A stretch of DNA of 64,000 nt from contig CAWCPF010000003.1 of assembly GCA_963797485.1 (NCBI GenBank), forward strand, positions 199,957 to 263,956. Reading direction: 5' to 3'. Below, piece after piece: positions 1-9,612 of the stretch. The DNA is from an uncultured Chloroflexia bacterium. GTDB taxonomy: Bacteria > Chloroflexota > Anaerolineae > Anaerolineales > E44-bin32. Position numbers and translations under genes: made by a program. The notes beneath the pieces were generated by a model. It did not search any database. It was given only the letters and a program-made list of their open reading frames with translations, and was not told the origin of the DNA. The number at the start of each line of letters is the position of its first letter. The first letter of the stretch is position 1.

Positions 1-467
1 TGCCGATCATCGTCCGCACCACCGAGGAGATGATCAACCTCGTGCCCAAGACCCTGCGGGAAGGCTCATTGGCGCTGGGGGCGGCTGAATGGAAAACCAC
101 CCTCAGCGTTGTGATCCCCGCGGCCGCCAACGGGCTGATAACGGGCTTCTTGCTCGGCCTGGCACGCGCCTCCGGCGAGACGGCGCCGCTCCTGTTCACC
201 GCCCTGGGCAACGAGCGTCTGAACGCGTTTCAAATGGTCGCCGGGGGCATCGCCAGCGGCCAGAATCCCATTTCGGCTATCATTCAGATGATTGAGCAGC
301 CCGTGGATTCCTTGCCCCTGACGCTGTTCAAATACTCGCAGCAGCCCTACCCAGAACGGATCAATCAGGCATGGGCCGTCGCCCTGGTGCTGATGATCTT
401 GGTGCTGCTGGTCAATATCATCGCCCGGTTGTGGGTCGAGTATCGGACGGCCAAGCTACAAGGATGA
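1..467 (+). CDS. pstA: phosphate ABC transporter permease PstA, C-terminal part (5' end outside window)
   Basis: ORF 30..467 stays open in frame back to position 3. It has the permease EAA-loop-like segment GLARASGETAPLLFTALG and a hydrophobic C-terminus. pstB follows 4 nt downstream. Confidence 0.85.
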   Translation, partial: PIIVRTTEEMINLVPKTLREGSLALGAAEWKTTLSVVIPAAANGLITGFLLGLARASGETAPLLFTALGNERLNAFQMVAGGIASGQNPISAIIQMIEQPVDSLPLTLFKYSQQPYPERINQAWAVALVLMILVLLVNIIARLWVEYRTAKLQG

Positions 468-470
468 GCC

Positions 471-1376
471 ATGAGCGAAATGACCGTGGGCGACTACGAG
501 ACAGGTGGGCGCGACGTGTCTGAGGATGAATCCCCTTCCTTGATCAGCCCGGCGCGAGTCATTCGCGAGCGGACCCGGCCGGCCGATCAGTTCGCCTTGA
601 CCCCCGAGGCGGCGAAAGTCGCCGTCCAGAACCTGTCCGTGTTCTACGGAGCCTTCCGCGCCCTGTCGGATGTCAACTTGCTGGTTCCCGAACACATGAT
701 CACGGCCATCATCGGGCCGTCGGGCTGTGGCAAGTCGACCCTGCTGCGCTCCCTCAATCGGATGAACGACCTGACTCCCGGCGCCAGAATTCAGGGGAGC
801 ATCCTGCTCGACAGGCAGGATATCTATGGACCGCAGGCCGATGTGGTGGATGTCCGCCGACGCGTCGGGATGGTCTTTCAACGCCCTAATCCATTCCCCA
901 AGAGCATTTATGACAATGTCGCCTACGGACCGAGGCTCTACGGCATCCGCCGTCGCTCTGATCTCGACAGCCTGATCGAGTTCAGCTTGAGGCAGGCGGC
1001 ATTGTGGGATGAAGTCAAGGACAAGCTTCACCAATCCGGGATGGCGTTGTCCGGCGGTCAGCAGCAGCGCCTGTGCATCGCCCGTGCCCTGGCGGTCGAG
1101 CCGGAAGTGATCTTGATGGACGAACCCGCCTCGGCACTCGACCCGGTGGCCACCCTGCGCATCGAGGACCTGATGCAGGACCTGAAGCAGTCTTACACCA
1201 TCGTCATCGTCACCCATAACATGCAGCAGGCGGCGCGGGTTTCGGACTACACCGGGATGATGATGATGCGCGACGACCGCGCCGGTGAACTGATCGAGTT
1301 TGATGCGACCGAGAAGATCTTCACCCGCCCCAAGGACAAGCGCACCGAAGACTATGTCACCGGACGATTTGGTTAG
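471..1376 (+). CDS. pstB: phosphate import ATP-binding protein PstB
   Basis: Walker [10 protein letters not shown], signature [15 protein letters not shown], Walker [12 protein letters not shown]. There is a ~45-aa N-terminal extension relative to usual PstB, so the true start could be internal. Confidence 0.9.
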   Translation: MSEMTVGDYETGGRDVSEDESPSLISPARVIRERTRPADQFALTPEAAKVAVQNLSVFYGAFRALSDVNLLVPEHMITAIIGPSGCGKSTLLRSLNRMNDLTPGARIQGSILLDRQDIYGPQADVVDVRRRVGMVFQRPNPFPKSIYDNVAYGPRLYGIRRRSDLDSLIEFSLRQAALWDEVKDKLHQSGMALSGGQQQRLCIARALAVEPEVILMDEPASALDPVATLRIEDLMQDLKQSYTIVIVTHNMQQAARVSDYTGMMMMRDDRAGELIEFDATEKIFTRPKDKRTEDYVTGRFG

Positions 1377-1388
1377 GCCAGGCGGCCG

Positions 1389-2132
1389 ATGAAGCTGGCG
1401 GTTTTCTCCGACATCCACGCCAACCTGCATGCCCTGCAGGCGGCCTGGGCAGACATCCAAACCCAGGGTGCGGATGCCGTGTACTGTCTGGGCGACCTGG
1501 TCGGGTATGGCGCCTTTCCAAACGAGGTGGTCGAGTTCATACGCCAATCCGGTGTGCCGACCATCATGGGCAACTACGACCAGGGTGTGGGCTTCAATCA
1601 GGAAGAATGCGGCTGCGCCTATCGCGACGCGGTGTCCCGCGCCCACGGCCAGGAGTCGTTGATGTGGAGCCGGCGGGTCACGCGCGACGACAACAAGGCC
1701 AGCCTGCGCCAGCTGGTGGACCATATCCGATTGAAGCCCGATGGGCTGGATCTGCTGCTGGTGCATGGCAGCCCGCGGCGGATCAATGAGTACCTGTATG
1801 AAGACCGGCCCGTGGCGTCCTTTGAACGCCTCGCCGAGCAATCGGAGGCCGATGTGCTCTTCTTCGGCCACACGCACCTGCCTTACCAAAAACAGGTCGG
1901 CCGGACGTTGTTCGTCAACACTGGCTCGGTCGGCAAACCCAAGGACGGCGATCCGCGCGCCGGCTACGTGACCATCGAGCTTGGCCAGCCAAGCCGGGTG
2001 ACTTTCCACCGCGTCGCCTACGACGTGGCCGCAGCGGCCCGAGCCATCCGTGAATCAGATCTGCCGCACGTGTTTGCGGATCAGCTCGAAGCGGGTCTCC
2101 AGCCTGCGCCGGCGGAGGCCGGTCTTGCCTGA
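1389..2132 (+). CDS. metallophosphoesterase (calcineurin-fold, MJ0936/YfcE-like)
   Basis: Motifs SDIHAN, GDLVGYG, GNYD, VHGSP, GHTH, GSVG in the canonical order. The gene sits between pstB and phoU. Confidence 0.8.
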   Translation: MKLAVFSDIHANLHALQAAWADIQTQGADAVYCLGDLVGYGAFPNEVVEFIRQSGVPTIMGNYDQGVGFNQEECGCAYRDAVSRAHGQESLMWSRRVTRDDNKASLRQLVDHIRLKPDGLDLLLVHGSPRRINEYLYEDRPVASFERLAEQSEADVLFFGHTHLPYQKQVGRTLFVNTGSVGKPKDGDPRAGYVTIELGQPSRVTFHRVAYDVAAAARAIRESDLPHVFADQLEAGLQPAPAEAGLA

Positions 2133-2814
2133 GGCCCGCGCCGCCTTCGATCGCACGCTTGAGGACATCCAGGCCCGCGTGGTGGGCCTCGGGGAGAGCG
2201 TCATCCTGGCGGTCGATTGGGCGATGGACAGCCTGGGGGGGCGCGACCTGGCGCTGGCGCAGAATGTGGTCGACGGGGACGCTGAAATCAACCGGCTGCG
2301 CTTTGACATCGAAGCCACCTGCCTGGCGACCATCGCCACGCAGCAGCCGGCCGCCGGCGACCTGCGGCGGCTGATCGCCGATTTGAACATCGTGCTCGAC
2401 CTGGAGCGCATTGGAGACTATGCCGCCGGCATTGCCAAGGTGTGCCTGCGCATGCCGGCCGGCCTGCAGTTCGCGCTGCCCGAGGCGCTGAGCCAGATGA
2501 GCGAACTGTCCTTGGACATGCTCAAGCAAGTCCTCGAGACGTTCCGGCTGCGGGATGCCGACGCCGCCCGGGCCATTGCCCGCCAGGACGATGTGATGGA
2601 CAAGCGCTACCAGCAGTTGTTCGACCAGTTCATCGGCAGAATCGGCCAGCCCGGCGCTTCTCCCGAAGAGGGCCTGTACCTGCTGTTCGTCGGCCATAAC
2701 CTGGAGCGCATCGCCGACCGGGTGACCAATATCGCCGAGCGCGTCATCTTCACCATGAGCGGGGAGATGCGCGAACTCAACCCCGAGCCCCCCGACGCGC
2801 CCGGGCCCGAATAA
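2125..2814 (+). CDS. phoU: phosphate signalling complex protein PhoU
   Basis: Two PhoU repeats (RFDIEATCLATIATQQPAAGDLRRL..; ERIADRVTNIAERVIF). The longest ORF starts at 2050 but overlaps the upstream gene by 83 nt. In-frame TTG at 2125 gives a typical ~229-aa PhoU. Confidence 0.85.
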   Translation: MPEARAAFDRTLEDIQARVVGLGESVILAVDWAMDSLGGRDLALAQNVVDGDAEINRLRFDIEATCLATIATQQPAAGDLRRLIADLNIVLDLERIGDYAAGIAKVCLRMPAGLQFALPEALSQMSELSLDMLKQVLETFRLRDADAARAIARQDDVMDKRYQQLFDQFIGRIGQPGASPEEGLYLLFVGHNLERIADRVTNIAERVIFTMSGEMRELNPEPPDAPGPE

Positions 2815-2822
2815 CCACACTT

Positions 2823-2838
2823 TGTGACAGAATTCACA
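2823..2838. promoter_or_regulatory. CRP/FNR-type palindrome TGTGA-N6-TCACA (site 1 of 8)
   Basis: TTTGTGACAGAATTCACAAT read directly, 9 nt after the phoU stop. It lies ~80 nt upstream of the TGCTATAATCC -10 box that precedes the ATPase gene. Confidence 0.5.
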
Positions 2839-2913
2839 ATCCGAGTCGGGCTCGACCGGCTGGGCCGGAGGGCCCGATGTCATCGGCCCGTCAGATACCG
2901 CCGGCGAGCCGGA

Positions 2914-2924
2914 TGCTATAATCC
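2914..2924 (+). promoter_or_regulatory. extended -10 promoter element TGCTATAATCC (ATPase gene)
   Basis: TGcTATAAT, conspicuous in a GC-rich intergenic region, ~45 nt upstream of the TTG start at 2969. The same 11-mer recurs at 60339 (+) and 47027 (-). Confidence 0.55.
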
Positions 2925-2968
2925 GCCGCGATAATCTGAGGGCACCCCTGTCTTCTTCGAGGTGGGAC

Positions 2969-5812
2969 TTGGCTCCTTCGCAGCCCGCATCCCAACCTAA
3001 CGGGCCGCCGCCCGCAGTTTCTCCGAACCGCCACAAATGGTACGACTTGTCCGCGGCCGACGCGGCCGCCGAGCTGGGGACCTCCCTGCAGGGCGGTCTG
3101 CCGGAGGCAGTGGCTGAGGAACGTCTGGCCGGCGGCGGTCCAAACGAACTGCGCGAGGCGCCGCGGCCGGGCTTCTGGCACAACCTCGTTGCCCAGTTCA
3201 ACAACTTCATCGTCATCGTGCTGATCCTGGCGTCGGTGGTCTCGGCCGTGCTGGGGGACTACTTCGAGGCCGGGGCCATCATGGCCATCGTGGTCCTTAA
3301 CGCCGCGCTGGGCGTCGTTCAGGAACGGCGCGCCGAGGCGGCGCTGGCGGCGCTGCGCAAGCTGACGGCCCCCGACGCGCAGGTGGTTCGCGGCGGGCAC
3401 CGGCGCCGGCTGGTTTCGAGCCAGTTGGTGCCGGGTGACCTGGTGCTGCTGGAAGCAGGAAACTACATCCCGGCCGACCTGCGGCTGGTTGAGGCGGTCA
3501 ACTTACGCGTGGACGAATCGGCGCTGACGGGGGAGTCGCGCACCGTCAGCAAAGAGACCGCCGCGCTGTCGATGGAGGAACCCTCGCTGGGGGATCGAAT
3601 GAACATGGCCTACTCCGGTACGCTTGTCGCCGGGGGCCGGGGCCAGGGGCTGGTGGTCGCCACCGGGATGCAGACCGAGTTGGGGCACATCGCCGGCATG
3701 ATCAGCCAGATCGAGACCGAGCAAACACCCCTCCAGAAACGGCTGGATCAGCTTGGCAAGGTCCTGGGCTGGGCCGCCCTGGGCATCTGCGGCGGCGTCT
3801 TCGTGCTGGGCTGGCTGCGCGGCTTCGACCCGTTGGACATGTTCCTGGTGGCCGTCAGCCTGGCGGTGGCGGCCGTCCCAGAGGGCCTGCCGGCGGTGGT
3901 CACCATCACCCTGGCGCTGGGGATGCGCGAGATGATCCAGCGCAACGCGCTCATCCGGCGGTTGTCGTCGGTGGAGACCCTCGGCTCGACCACGGTCATC
4001 TGCTCCGACAAGACCGGCACGCTGACTCAGAACCGGATGACGGTGACGCGGATCTGGGTGGATGGGCGCATGCTCGATGTGATCGGCCCCGGGGATGTGC
4101 CCAGCGGCGAGTTCCACACTGGCGGGAGTGCCGTCAAACTGGGCGACCATCCGGCCGTGATGACCGCCCTGTGGGTGGCGGCGCTCAACAACGATGCCGT
4201 CATCGAGCGCGACGCCTCGACCGCCGACGGTCTGCGCGTTGTGGGCGAGCCGACGGAGGCCGCCCTGGTGATAGCGGCGGCCAAGGCCGGGGTGTGGAAA
4301 GACCCCCTCCACGAAGCCTACCCCCGCATCGACGAGATTCCATTCGACTCCGGTCGAAAGCGAATGACCACCATCCACAGTCTCAAGAACCCGCGTCCCG
4401 AAGATGCCAGCCCCTTCTACGATCCAGGATTGGCCGAGTGGGAGGTGGCGGCCAGCAAAGGGGCGCCGGAGGTCATTCTTGAGCTGTGCTCCCGCTACCA
4501 GACCGAGGCTGACCAGCCGCGGCCGATGACTGAAGTTGTTCGGCAGCAGATTCTGGCAGCCAATCAGGCCATGGCCCGCCAGGCGCTGCGCGTGCTGGCC
4601 GTCGCCTATCGGCTGGAGAGGGATGTGCCTGAGGCGTCCGACCCGGAGGCGGTCGAGCGCGATCTGGTGTTCGCCGGATTGATCGGCATGATCGATCCGC
4701 CGCGCCCGGAGGTCGGTCCCGCCTTGCTCAGCGCCGACCGGGCCGGGATTCGCACGGTGATGATCACCGGCGACTATCCCGATACCGCCCGGGCGGTAGC
4801 CGAGCAAATCGGGCTATTGAAACCCGGCCACCAGCTGACCACCGGGCGCGAGCTGCTGGGCATGGACGACCAGGCGCTGCGCGAGCGCGTGATGCAAACC
4901 GATGTGTTCGCCCGGGTGTCGCCCGAGCACAAGGTGCGCATCGTCGATGCCCTCAAAGCCAACCGGCAGGTGGTGGCCATGACCGGAGACGGCGTCAACG
5001 ACGCGCCGGCGCTCAAGCGGGCCGACATCGGCGTGGCCATGGGCATCACCGGCACCGATGTCGCCAAAGAGACCGCCGACATGGTCCTCACCGACGACAA
5101 CTACGTGAGCATCGTCTCGGCAGTCGAACAGGGCCGGATCATCTACGCCAACATTCGCAAGTTTGTCTACTACCTGCTCTCGTGCAATGTGGCCGAGATC
5201 CTGATCATCTTCCTGGCCATCCTGCTAGGCCTGCCGTCGCCGCTGACGGCCATCCAGCTGCTGTGGCTCAACTTGATCACCGACGGGGCGCCGGCCCTGG
5301 CGCTGGGACTTGAAAAGGGCGACCCGGACACGATGCTCCGGCCGCCGCGCCCGCCGGACGAACCGATCATCAACCGCATGATGCGGACCGGCATCGCTGT
5401 GCAAACCGTCGCCATCACGGGTGCCACCCTGACCGCCTATTTGATCGGCTTGCGGGCCTTTCCCGAACACGCCCAGATCGCCGAAACCATGGCCTTCGCC
5501 ACGTTGTCCTTTTCTGAGCTGCTGCGGGCCTTCACCGCCCGCTCCGAGACCTTTCTGCTGTTCAAGCTGGGCATCTTCACCAACCGGGCCATGGTCCTGG
5601 CGGTGGCTTCGTCGCTGGTGCTCCTGCTGATCGTGATCTATGTTCCTTTCCTCGACCCCATCTTCGACACCTACCCGCTGACGGTGGAACAGTGGGAAAT
5701 CATCCTGCCCCTGCTGCTGATCCCCTCCGTGGCCGCCGAACTGACCAAGTTGGTCACTGCCAGGACCGCCGCCCGGCCGGCGACCGGGGCGGGCGGCCAC
5801 ATCGCCGGATAG
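2969..5812 (+). CDS. P-type ATPase, P2-type cation (Ca2+/Mg2+-like) transporter
   Basis: 947 aa. Motifs TGES, phosphorylation site [27 protein letters not shown], with about ten predicted TM segments. TTG start preceded by GAGGTGGG. Confidence 0.9.
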   Translation: MAPSQPASQPNGPPPAVSPNRHKWYDLSAADAAAELGTSLQGGLPEAVAEERLAGGGPNELREAPRPGFWHNLVAQFNNFIVIVLILASVVSAVLGDYFEAGAIMAIVVLNAALGVVQERRAEAALAALRKLTAPDAQVVRGGHRRRLVSSQLVPGDLVLLEAGNYIPADLRLVEAVNLRVDESALTGESRTVSKETAALSMEEPSLGDRMNMAYSGTLVAGGRGQGLVVATGMQTELGHIAGMISQIETEQTPLQKRLDQLGKVLGWAALGICGGVFVLGWLRGFDPLDMFLVAVSLAVAAVPEGLPAVVTITLALGMREMIQRNALIRRLSSVETLGSTTVICSDKTGTLTQNRMTVTRIWVDGRMLDVIGPGDVPSGEFHTGGSAVKLGDHPAVMTALWVAALNNDAVIERDASTADGLRVVGEPTEAALVIAAAKAGVWKDPLHEAYPRIDEIPFDSGRKRMTTIHSLKNPRPEDASPFYDPGLAEWEVAASKGAPEVILELCSRYQTEADQPRPMTEVVRQQILAANQAMARQALRVLAVAYRLERDVPEASDPEAVERDLVFAGLIGMIDPPRPEVGPALLSADRAGIRTVMITGDYPDTARAVAEQIGLLKPGHQLTTGRELLGMDDQALRERVMQTDVFARVSPEHKVRIVDALKANRQVVAMTGDGVNDAPALKRADIGVAMGITGTDVAKETADMVLTDDNYVSIVSAVEQGRIIYANIRKFVYYLLSCNVAEILIIFLAILLGLPSPLTAIQLLWLNLITDGAPALALGLEKGDPDTMLRPPRPPDEPIINRMMRTGIAVQTVAITGATLTAYLIGLRAFPEHAQIAETMAFATLSFSELLRAFTARSETFLLFKLGIFTNRAMVLAVASSLVLLLIVIYVPFLDPIFDTYPLTVEQWEIILPLLLIPSVAAELTKLVTARTAARPATGAGGHIAG

Positions 5813-5872
5813 AGGCTCAAGCTGGCCGGCAAGCACGCGACACGGCATGTAAATCACGCTTGGATCAGCCGG

Positions 5873-6577
5873 GTGGCATGCTTCGGCGCGCTGGCGCTGG
5901 CTGTGGCGGGCTGCGGGGAGATGGGGACAGCCAGCCCCTCGGCCGGGGCCATCGGGCCACCGCCGCAGGCCATCGAGACCGCCGAGGACCTGGCCGCGTC
6001 TCTGGAGCAGGCGGTCGGCCCGACCACCTGGGTGGGTCCGGCCCCTCCGCGGTTTGGCGTGTCCGGACGCAGGCTGGGGATTGGCCAGGATTGGGTGGAT
6101 GTGTACACTTTCCCGGATTCCGCCGGCCGAGCGACAGCCCAATCCGAAATCGGGGCCGACGGCCGGTCGTTTCAGGGGCAACCGCTGGCGGATGTGGTCC
6201 AGCCGCGCATTTGGGGCATCGGGCGTCTGCTGGTGGTTTATGACGGTGAGGCGGGAGAGACCTTTGTGGTGTTGAGCGGGCTGCTGGGCGACCCAATGGC
6301 GATCCAGACTCCGGTGAGCGATGAACCGTACCCTCCGGCGGTGGCCGCCGCCGTCGGCGCGCTGGCGGAGGACCTGTCCGTTGAGCCGTCCGGCGTCCAG
6401 GTTGTGGACTTCCAGCCTGCCACGTGGCCGGACGGTTGTCTCGGTCTCGGGGGTCCAGATGAGGCCTGCGCCCTTGGACAGGTTTCCGGCTGGCAACTGA
6501 GCTTGCAGGCTGGGGGCCGGTCGTTTGAGGTGCGGACGGACGACCTGGGTCAGGTCGTCCGCTGGACCGAACGTTGA
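5873..6577 (+). CDS. hypothetical secreted lipoprotein
   Basis: N-terminal FGALALAVAGCGE resembles a lipobox (LAVAGC). No recognisable family. The start is uncertain. Confidence 0.5.
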   Translation: MACFGALALAVAGCGEMGTASPSAGAIGPPPQAIETAEDLAASLEQAVGPTTWVGPAPPRFGVSGRRLGIGQDWVDVYTFPDSAGRATAQSEIGADGRSFQGQPLADVVQPRIWGIGRLLVVYDGEAGETFVVLSGLLGDPMAIQTPVSDEPYPPAVAAAVGALAEDLSVEPSGVQVVDFQPATWPDGCLGLGGPDEACALGQVSGWQLSLQAGGRSFEVRTDDLGQVVRWTER

Positions 6578-7836
6578 GCGATCAAGGGTCGTCCGCCCCG
6601 GATGCCTCGATCAAGGATCAGGCGCTTGCGACTCGGAACGTATGGGCGCTCACCCTGACCAGCTTCCTCACCGACGTTTCGTCTGAGATGATCTTCAACC
6701 TGCTGCCGCTGTTCCTGTTTGACGTGCTGCGCGTCGGGACGCCCCTGATCGGCTTGATCGAAGGACTGGCCGAGACCACCGCCAGCGTGATGAAGGTCTT
6801 TTCGGGCTGGTGGTCGGATCTGTTGGGGCGGAGAAAGATCCTGGCGCTCACGGGCTACGGCCTTTCGACGCTGGCCAAGCCGTTCTTGTACCTGGCCAAT
6901 GGATGGGGGTCGGTGCTGGGCGTGCGCTTTGCCGACCGGCTGGGCAAGGGGATTCGGACCGCGCCCCGCGACGCGCTGCTGGCCGGCAGCGTGGGTGAGA
7001 ATCGCCGCGGCTGGGCCTTCGGTTTGCACCGAGCCGGGGACACGGCCGGCGCCGTGGTGGGCCTGGCCGTGGCTCTGCTGGTGGTCCTGGCATCCAGCCG
7101 TCAGGGTGGCGTCCTCGAACGGGCCACCTTTCAAACAATCGTCTTGATCAGCCTTGTCCCGGCCGTGCTGGCCGTGCTGGTCTTGGCCTTAGGCTCGCGC
7201 GAAGTGCCGTTAAGGGCCGCGGGACATGCCAGGCCGCGCTTCGGCCTGACTCAATTCGACCGACCGTTTCGGTCGTTTCTCGGCATCATGCTGATCTTCA
7301 CCCTGGGCAATTCGTCAGATGCCTTCCTGATCCTGCGGGCGCAAAACGCCGGGCTGAGCGTCGCCGGTGTGCTGGGGATGATGCTTGTCTTCAACCTGGT
7401 CTACGCTGGATTGTCGGGACCCGCCGGCAGCTTGTCCGACCGGTGGGGTCGCAAAGGCATGCTGGCAGCGGGTTGGGGGGTGTATGTGCTGGTTTATGCC
7501 GGCTTCGCCGCCGCCAATGCAGCCTGGCAGGTGGTGGCCCTCATGGCCGTCTATGGCGTGTACTACGGCCTCACGGAAGGAGTGGCCAAGGCATTTGTGG
7601 CCGATTTGGTCCGTCCCGAACATCGGGGCACGGCCTATGGCATCTACCATGCCGCCATTGGCTTGATGGCGCTGCCGGCCAGCCTGGTGGCCGGCGTGCT
7701 GTGGCAAGGATTTGGAACCTGGACGGGCTTGGGGCCATCGGCCCCGTTCTGGTTTGGGGCCGCACTGGCACTGATGGCTACCGGTCTGCTGGCCAGCCTG
7801 CGCACGCCGCCTCGGGCAGCGGAGGCCGCCGGGTGA
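6574..7836 (+). CDS. MFS transporter
   Basis: 420 aa, ~12 hydrophobic segments, MFS loop motif-like GWWSDLLGRRKIL and DRWGRKGML. It overlaps the upstream stop by 4 nt. Confidence 0.8.
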   Translation: MSDQGSSAPDASIKDQALATRNVWALTLTSFLTDVSSEMIFNLLPLFLFDVLRVGTPLIGLIEGLAETTASVMKVFSGWWSDLLGRRKILALTGYGLSTLAKPFLYLANGWGSVLGVRFADRLGKGIRTAPRDALLAGSVGENRRGWAFGLHRAGDTAGAVVGLAVALLVVLASSRQGGVLERATFQTIVLISLVPAVLAVLVLALGSREVPLRAAGHARPRFGLTQFDRPFRSFLGIMLIFTLGNSSDAFLILRAQNAGLSVAGVLGMMLVFNLVYAGLSGPAGSLSDRWGRKGMLAAGWGVYVLVYAGFAAANAAWQVVALMAVYGVYYGLTEGVAKAFVADLVRPEHRGTAYGIYHAAIGLMALPASLVAGVLWQGFGTWTGLGPSAPFWFGAALALMATGLLASLRTPPRAAEAAG

Positions 7837-8942
7837 AACGGCTCGTCAGCCAGGTTCGCAGCCCGGTCAGGCGCCAGGGGGCCGACACCTACCTGCTGGT
7901 CAGCTTGTTGAGCTTTGCCGCCTCGGTGAGCCTGACGCGGCTTTTCCTATATCTGACCGGCTACCCCCAAGTCGGCAACTCCGAGCTGCATATCGCCCAT
8001 GTGCTGTGGGGAGGGCTGATCTTGTTTGTGGCTGCCCTGCTGCCGCTCATCCTGGCCAATCGCTGGGTCTACACCACGGGAGCGGTGCTCGCCGGTGTCG
8101 GGGTAGGGTTGTTTATCGACGAAGTGGGCAAGTTCATCACCCAATCCAACGACTACTTCTATCCGGCCGCGGCGCCGATTGTCTACGCCCTATTCCTGCT
8201 GGTCGTGCTTCTATACACCCGGATCCGGCGCCCCGGCCGCCGCTCGCCGCGGGTGGAGTTGTACCGCGCCTTCGATGGTCTTCAGGAGCTGCTTGACCGG
8301 GACCTGGACGCCGATGAACGTGCCGAGCTAGAAGCGCGGTTGCAGTACGTCGTGGACCAGTCCGAATCCGGCGAGCTCTCCCATTTGGCGGAACGCTTGC
8401 TGGAGACGGTCAGCGACCGGGCGCTGAAACTTGCCCCCGACCGGACCACGCTGGTTGAGCGCCTGCAGTCCCACTGGGAGTCCATCGAGGCGCGTTGGTT
8501 TGGCCAACGCGCGCTGAAGATGATCCTGGTGCTGGGTCTGGCGCTCATCGGAGGGCTGGCGCTCTACCACACCTGGCCCCTGATTGAGCCCACCCGGGCC
8601 GCCAGCCGGCTTGAGGAGCTGATCCTGGTGGGCCGGATAGGCTCGAGCACCGGCCTGGCCTGGTACACGGCGCGTCTGGCTATGGAGGGCTGTATTGGTC
8701 TGATTGTCTGGGTGTCGGCCGGGCTGTTCATCGCCGGGAAGGATCGGGCGGCCGTGGGGCTGGCCTATCTGGGAGTGCTTCTGGCGTTGACGACCGTCGA
8801 TCTGCTGGTGTTCTATTTTGAACAGTTCGGGACGACTCTGAAGGCGCTCGGCGAGTTCGCCGTGTTGATCGGCGTGATGCGCTACCGGGCGCGATTCCTG
8901 GCCAGCTCGAGCCACGCGCCGGCTGACACGCCGGACGCATAG
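7833..8942 (+). CDS. hypothetical polytopic membrane protein
   Basis: The 499-aa ORF from 7443 overlaps the MFS gene out of frame. In-frame GTG at 7833 (GTGA overlap with the MFS stop) starts a hydrophobic protein VKRLVSQVRS...LLVSLLSFAASV. Confidence 0.6.
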   Translation: MKRLVSQVRSPVRRQGADTYLLVSLLSFAASVSLTRLFLYLTGYPQVGNSELHIAHVLWGGLILFVAALLPLILANRWVYTTGAVLAGVGVGLFIDEVGKFITQSNDYFYPAAAPIVYALFLLVVLLYTRIRRPGRRSPRVELYRAFDGLQELLDRDLDADERAELEARLQYVVDQSESGELSHLAERLLETVSDRALKLAPDRTTLVERLQSHWESIEARWFGQRALKMILVLGLALIGGLALYHTWPLIEPTRAASRLEELILVGRIGSSTGLAWYTARLAMEGCIGLIVWVSAGLFIAGKDRAAVGLAYLGVLLALTTVDLLVFYFEQFGTTLKALGEFAVLIGVMRYRARFLASSSHAPADTPDA

Positions 8943-8997
8943 GTTGAGCCTAGTACTTTCTTTAAGGTCTACTGGCGGATTTTTAAGGAGTCAGTTG

Positions 8998-9027
8998 TTG
9001 ACTCGTCGTTTTCGATGGTGCTAGTAT
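8998..9027 (+). promoter_or_regulatory. sigma-70-type promoter of the orphan RNA
   Basis: TTGACT (8998-9003), 18-nt spacer, extended -10 TGcTAGTAT (9019-9027). Confidence 0.6.
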
Positions 9028-9033
9028 GTTTCC

Positions 9034-9350
9034 ACTGAGAGGGGCCCCCTGAAGCCCAGAGACGATCTCAGGGAACGGTCGACGAAGACAAACTGAAGTT
9101 GGCGAGCGGTTCATCTCATGCAGAAGAACCGTGAGCTGGTGGAAAGGCCTTCGGGCCGGGGAAGCCAGCAAGCGAGCGGCGAGGGCCTTCGGGCACCGGC
9201 CGATTGGGAGCCAGCGTAGGCGGCTTTAGGTTCCTGGAACCTTAAGCAAGTAATCGACCTGAAACCGGGATCGGATGTAAGTTACTTGGGGTCTCTCTCA
9301 GCTCATTTAAGCTAAGTGGGGCCGCCACATGCTGGGCGGCCCCTTCTGTG
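9034..9350 (+). ncRNA. unclassified structured RNA (~300 nt) with its own promoter and terminator
   Basis: No sense ORF of 60 aa or more. A 14-bp closing helix pairs 9035-9048 with 9288-9301. Nested helices pair 9077-9082 with 9254-9259 and 9135-9139 with 9165-9169. There are UUCG-loop hairpins at 9146-9157 and ~9184-9194. A terminator hairpin pairs 9318-9326 with 9335-9343. No tmRNA, RNase P or SRP hallmark strings were seen. Confidence 0.55.
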
Positions 9351-9397
9351 TGCTTCTCTATCTTCATGCCGGATTGGCCAGAAACGCGTCCGGGTCG

Positions 9398-9530
9398 CCT
9401 CACCCCCTGGCCCCCTCCCCCTGGGTTGGCTACAAGCATGCTTGATCGACCTCATCCCAGGGGGAGGGGTCAGGGGAGGGGGTAGACATGCCACACAATT
9501 CGGGGCTCAATCGGGTAGAAGGGTTCCACC
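9398..9530. repeat. GC-rich palindromic (REP/MITE-like) intergenic repeat, copy A
   Basis: Arm CCTCACCCCCTGGCCCCCTCCCCCTGGG (9398-9425) is nearly complementary to CCCAGGGGGAGGGGTCAGGGGAGGGGG (9456-9482). The core CCCCTGGGTTGGCT...CTCATCCCAG..GGAGGGGT.AGGGG.GGGGGTAGAC recurs at 13441-13600. Confidence 0.7.
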
Positions 9531-9612
9531 AAGGCGGAGACGCCGCCTCGAAAACCGTCGAGATAGTGCCGTCGAATCGGCGGATCGTTGCTCGGCGCGG
9601 GAGCGCCAGGCC

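Noticed and set aside
456-2009. 517-aa minus-strand ORF, together with many similar long ORFs: 1915..3216, 3503..4807, 5225..6496, 11307..13115, 16877..17974, 18946..20373, 22787..23875, 55826..57076, 58777..59670 and 63163..63948 on the minus strand; 32750..33814, 49108..50355 and 58095..59255 on the plus strand.
   Set aside because: Each lies antisense to, or out of frame with, a gene that has unmistakable family motifs. Their translations are Arg/Gly/Pro/His-rich and motif-free. They are typical shadow ORFs of GC-rich DNA.
7443-8942. 499-aa version of the membrane-protein ORF.
   Set aside because: Its first 130 codons overlap the MFS gene out of frame and are Gly/Arg-rich. An in-frame GTG at the MFS stop gives a sensible start.
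9034-9350. Assignment of the structured RNA to SRP RNA, tmRNA, RNase P RNA or a cobalamin riboswitch.
   Set aside because: The stretch GGGGAAGCCAGCAAG loosely resembles the SRP helix-8 3' strand, but the invariant GUCAGGUCCGGAAGGAAGCAGC context is absent. There is no tRNA-like T-arm/ACCA end or tag ORF (tmRNA), no GAGGAAAGUCCGG core (RNase P), and no B12 box. No gene lies downstream on the same strand, so a riboswitch is unlikely.
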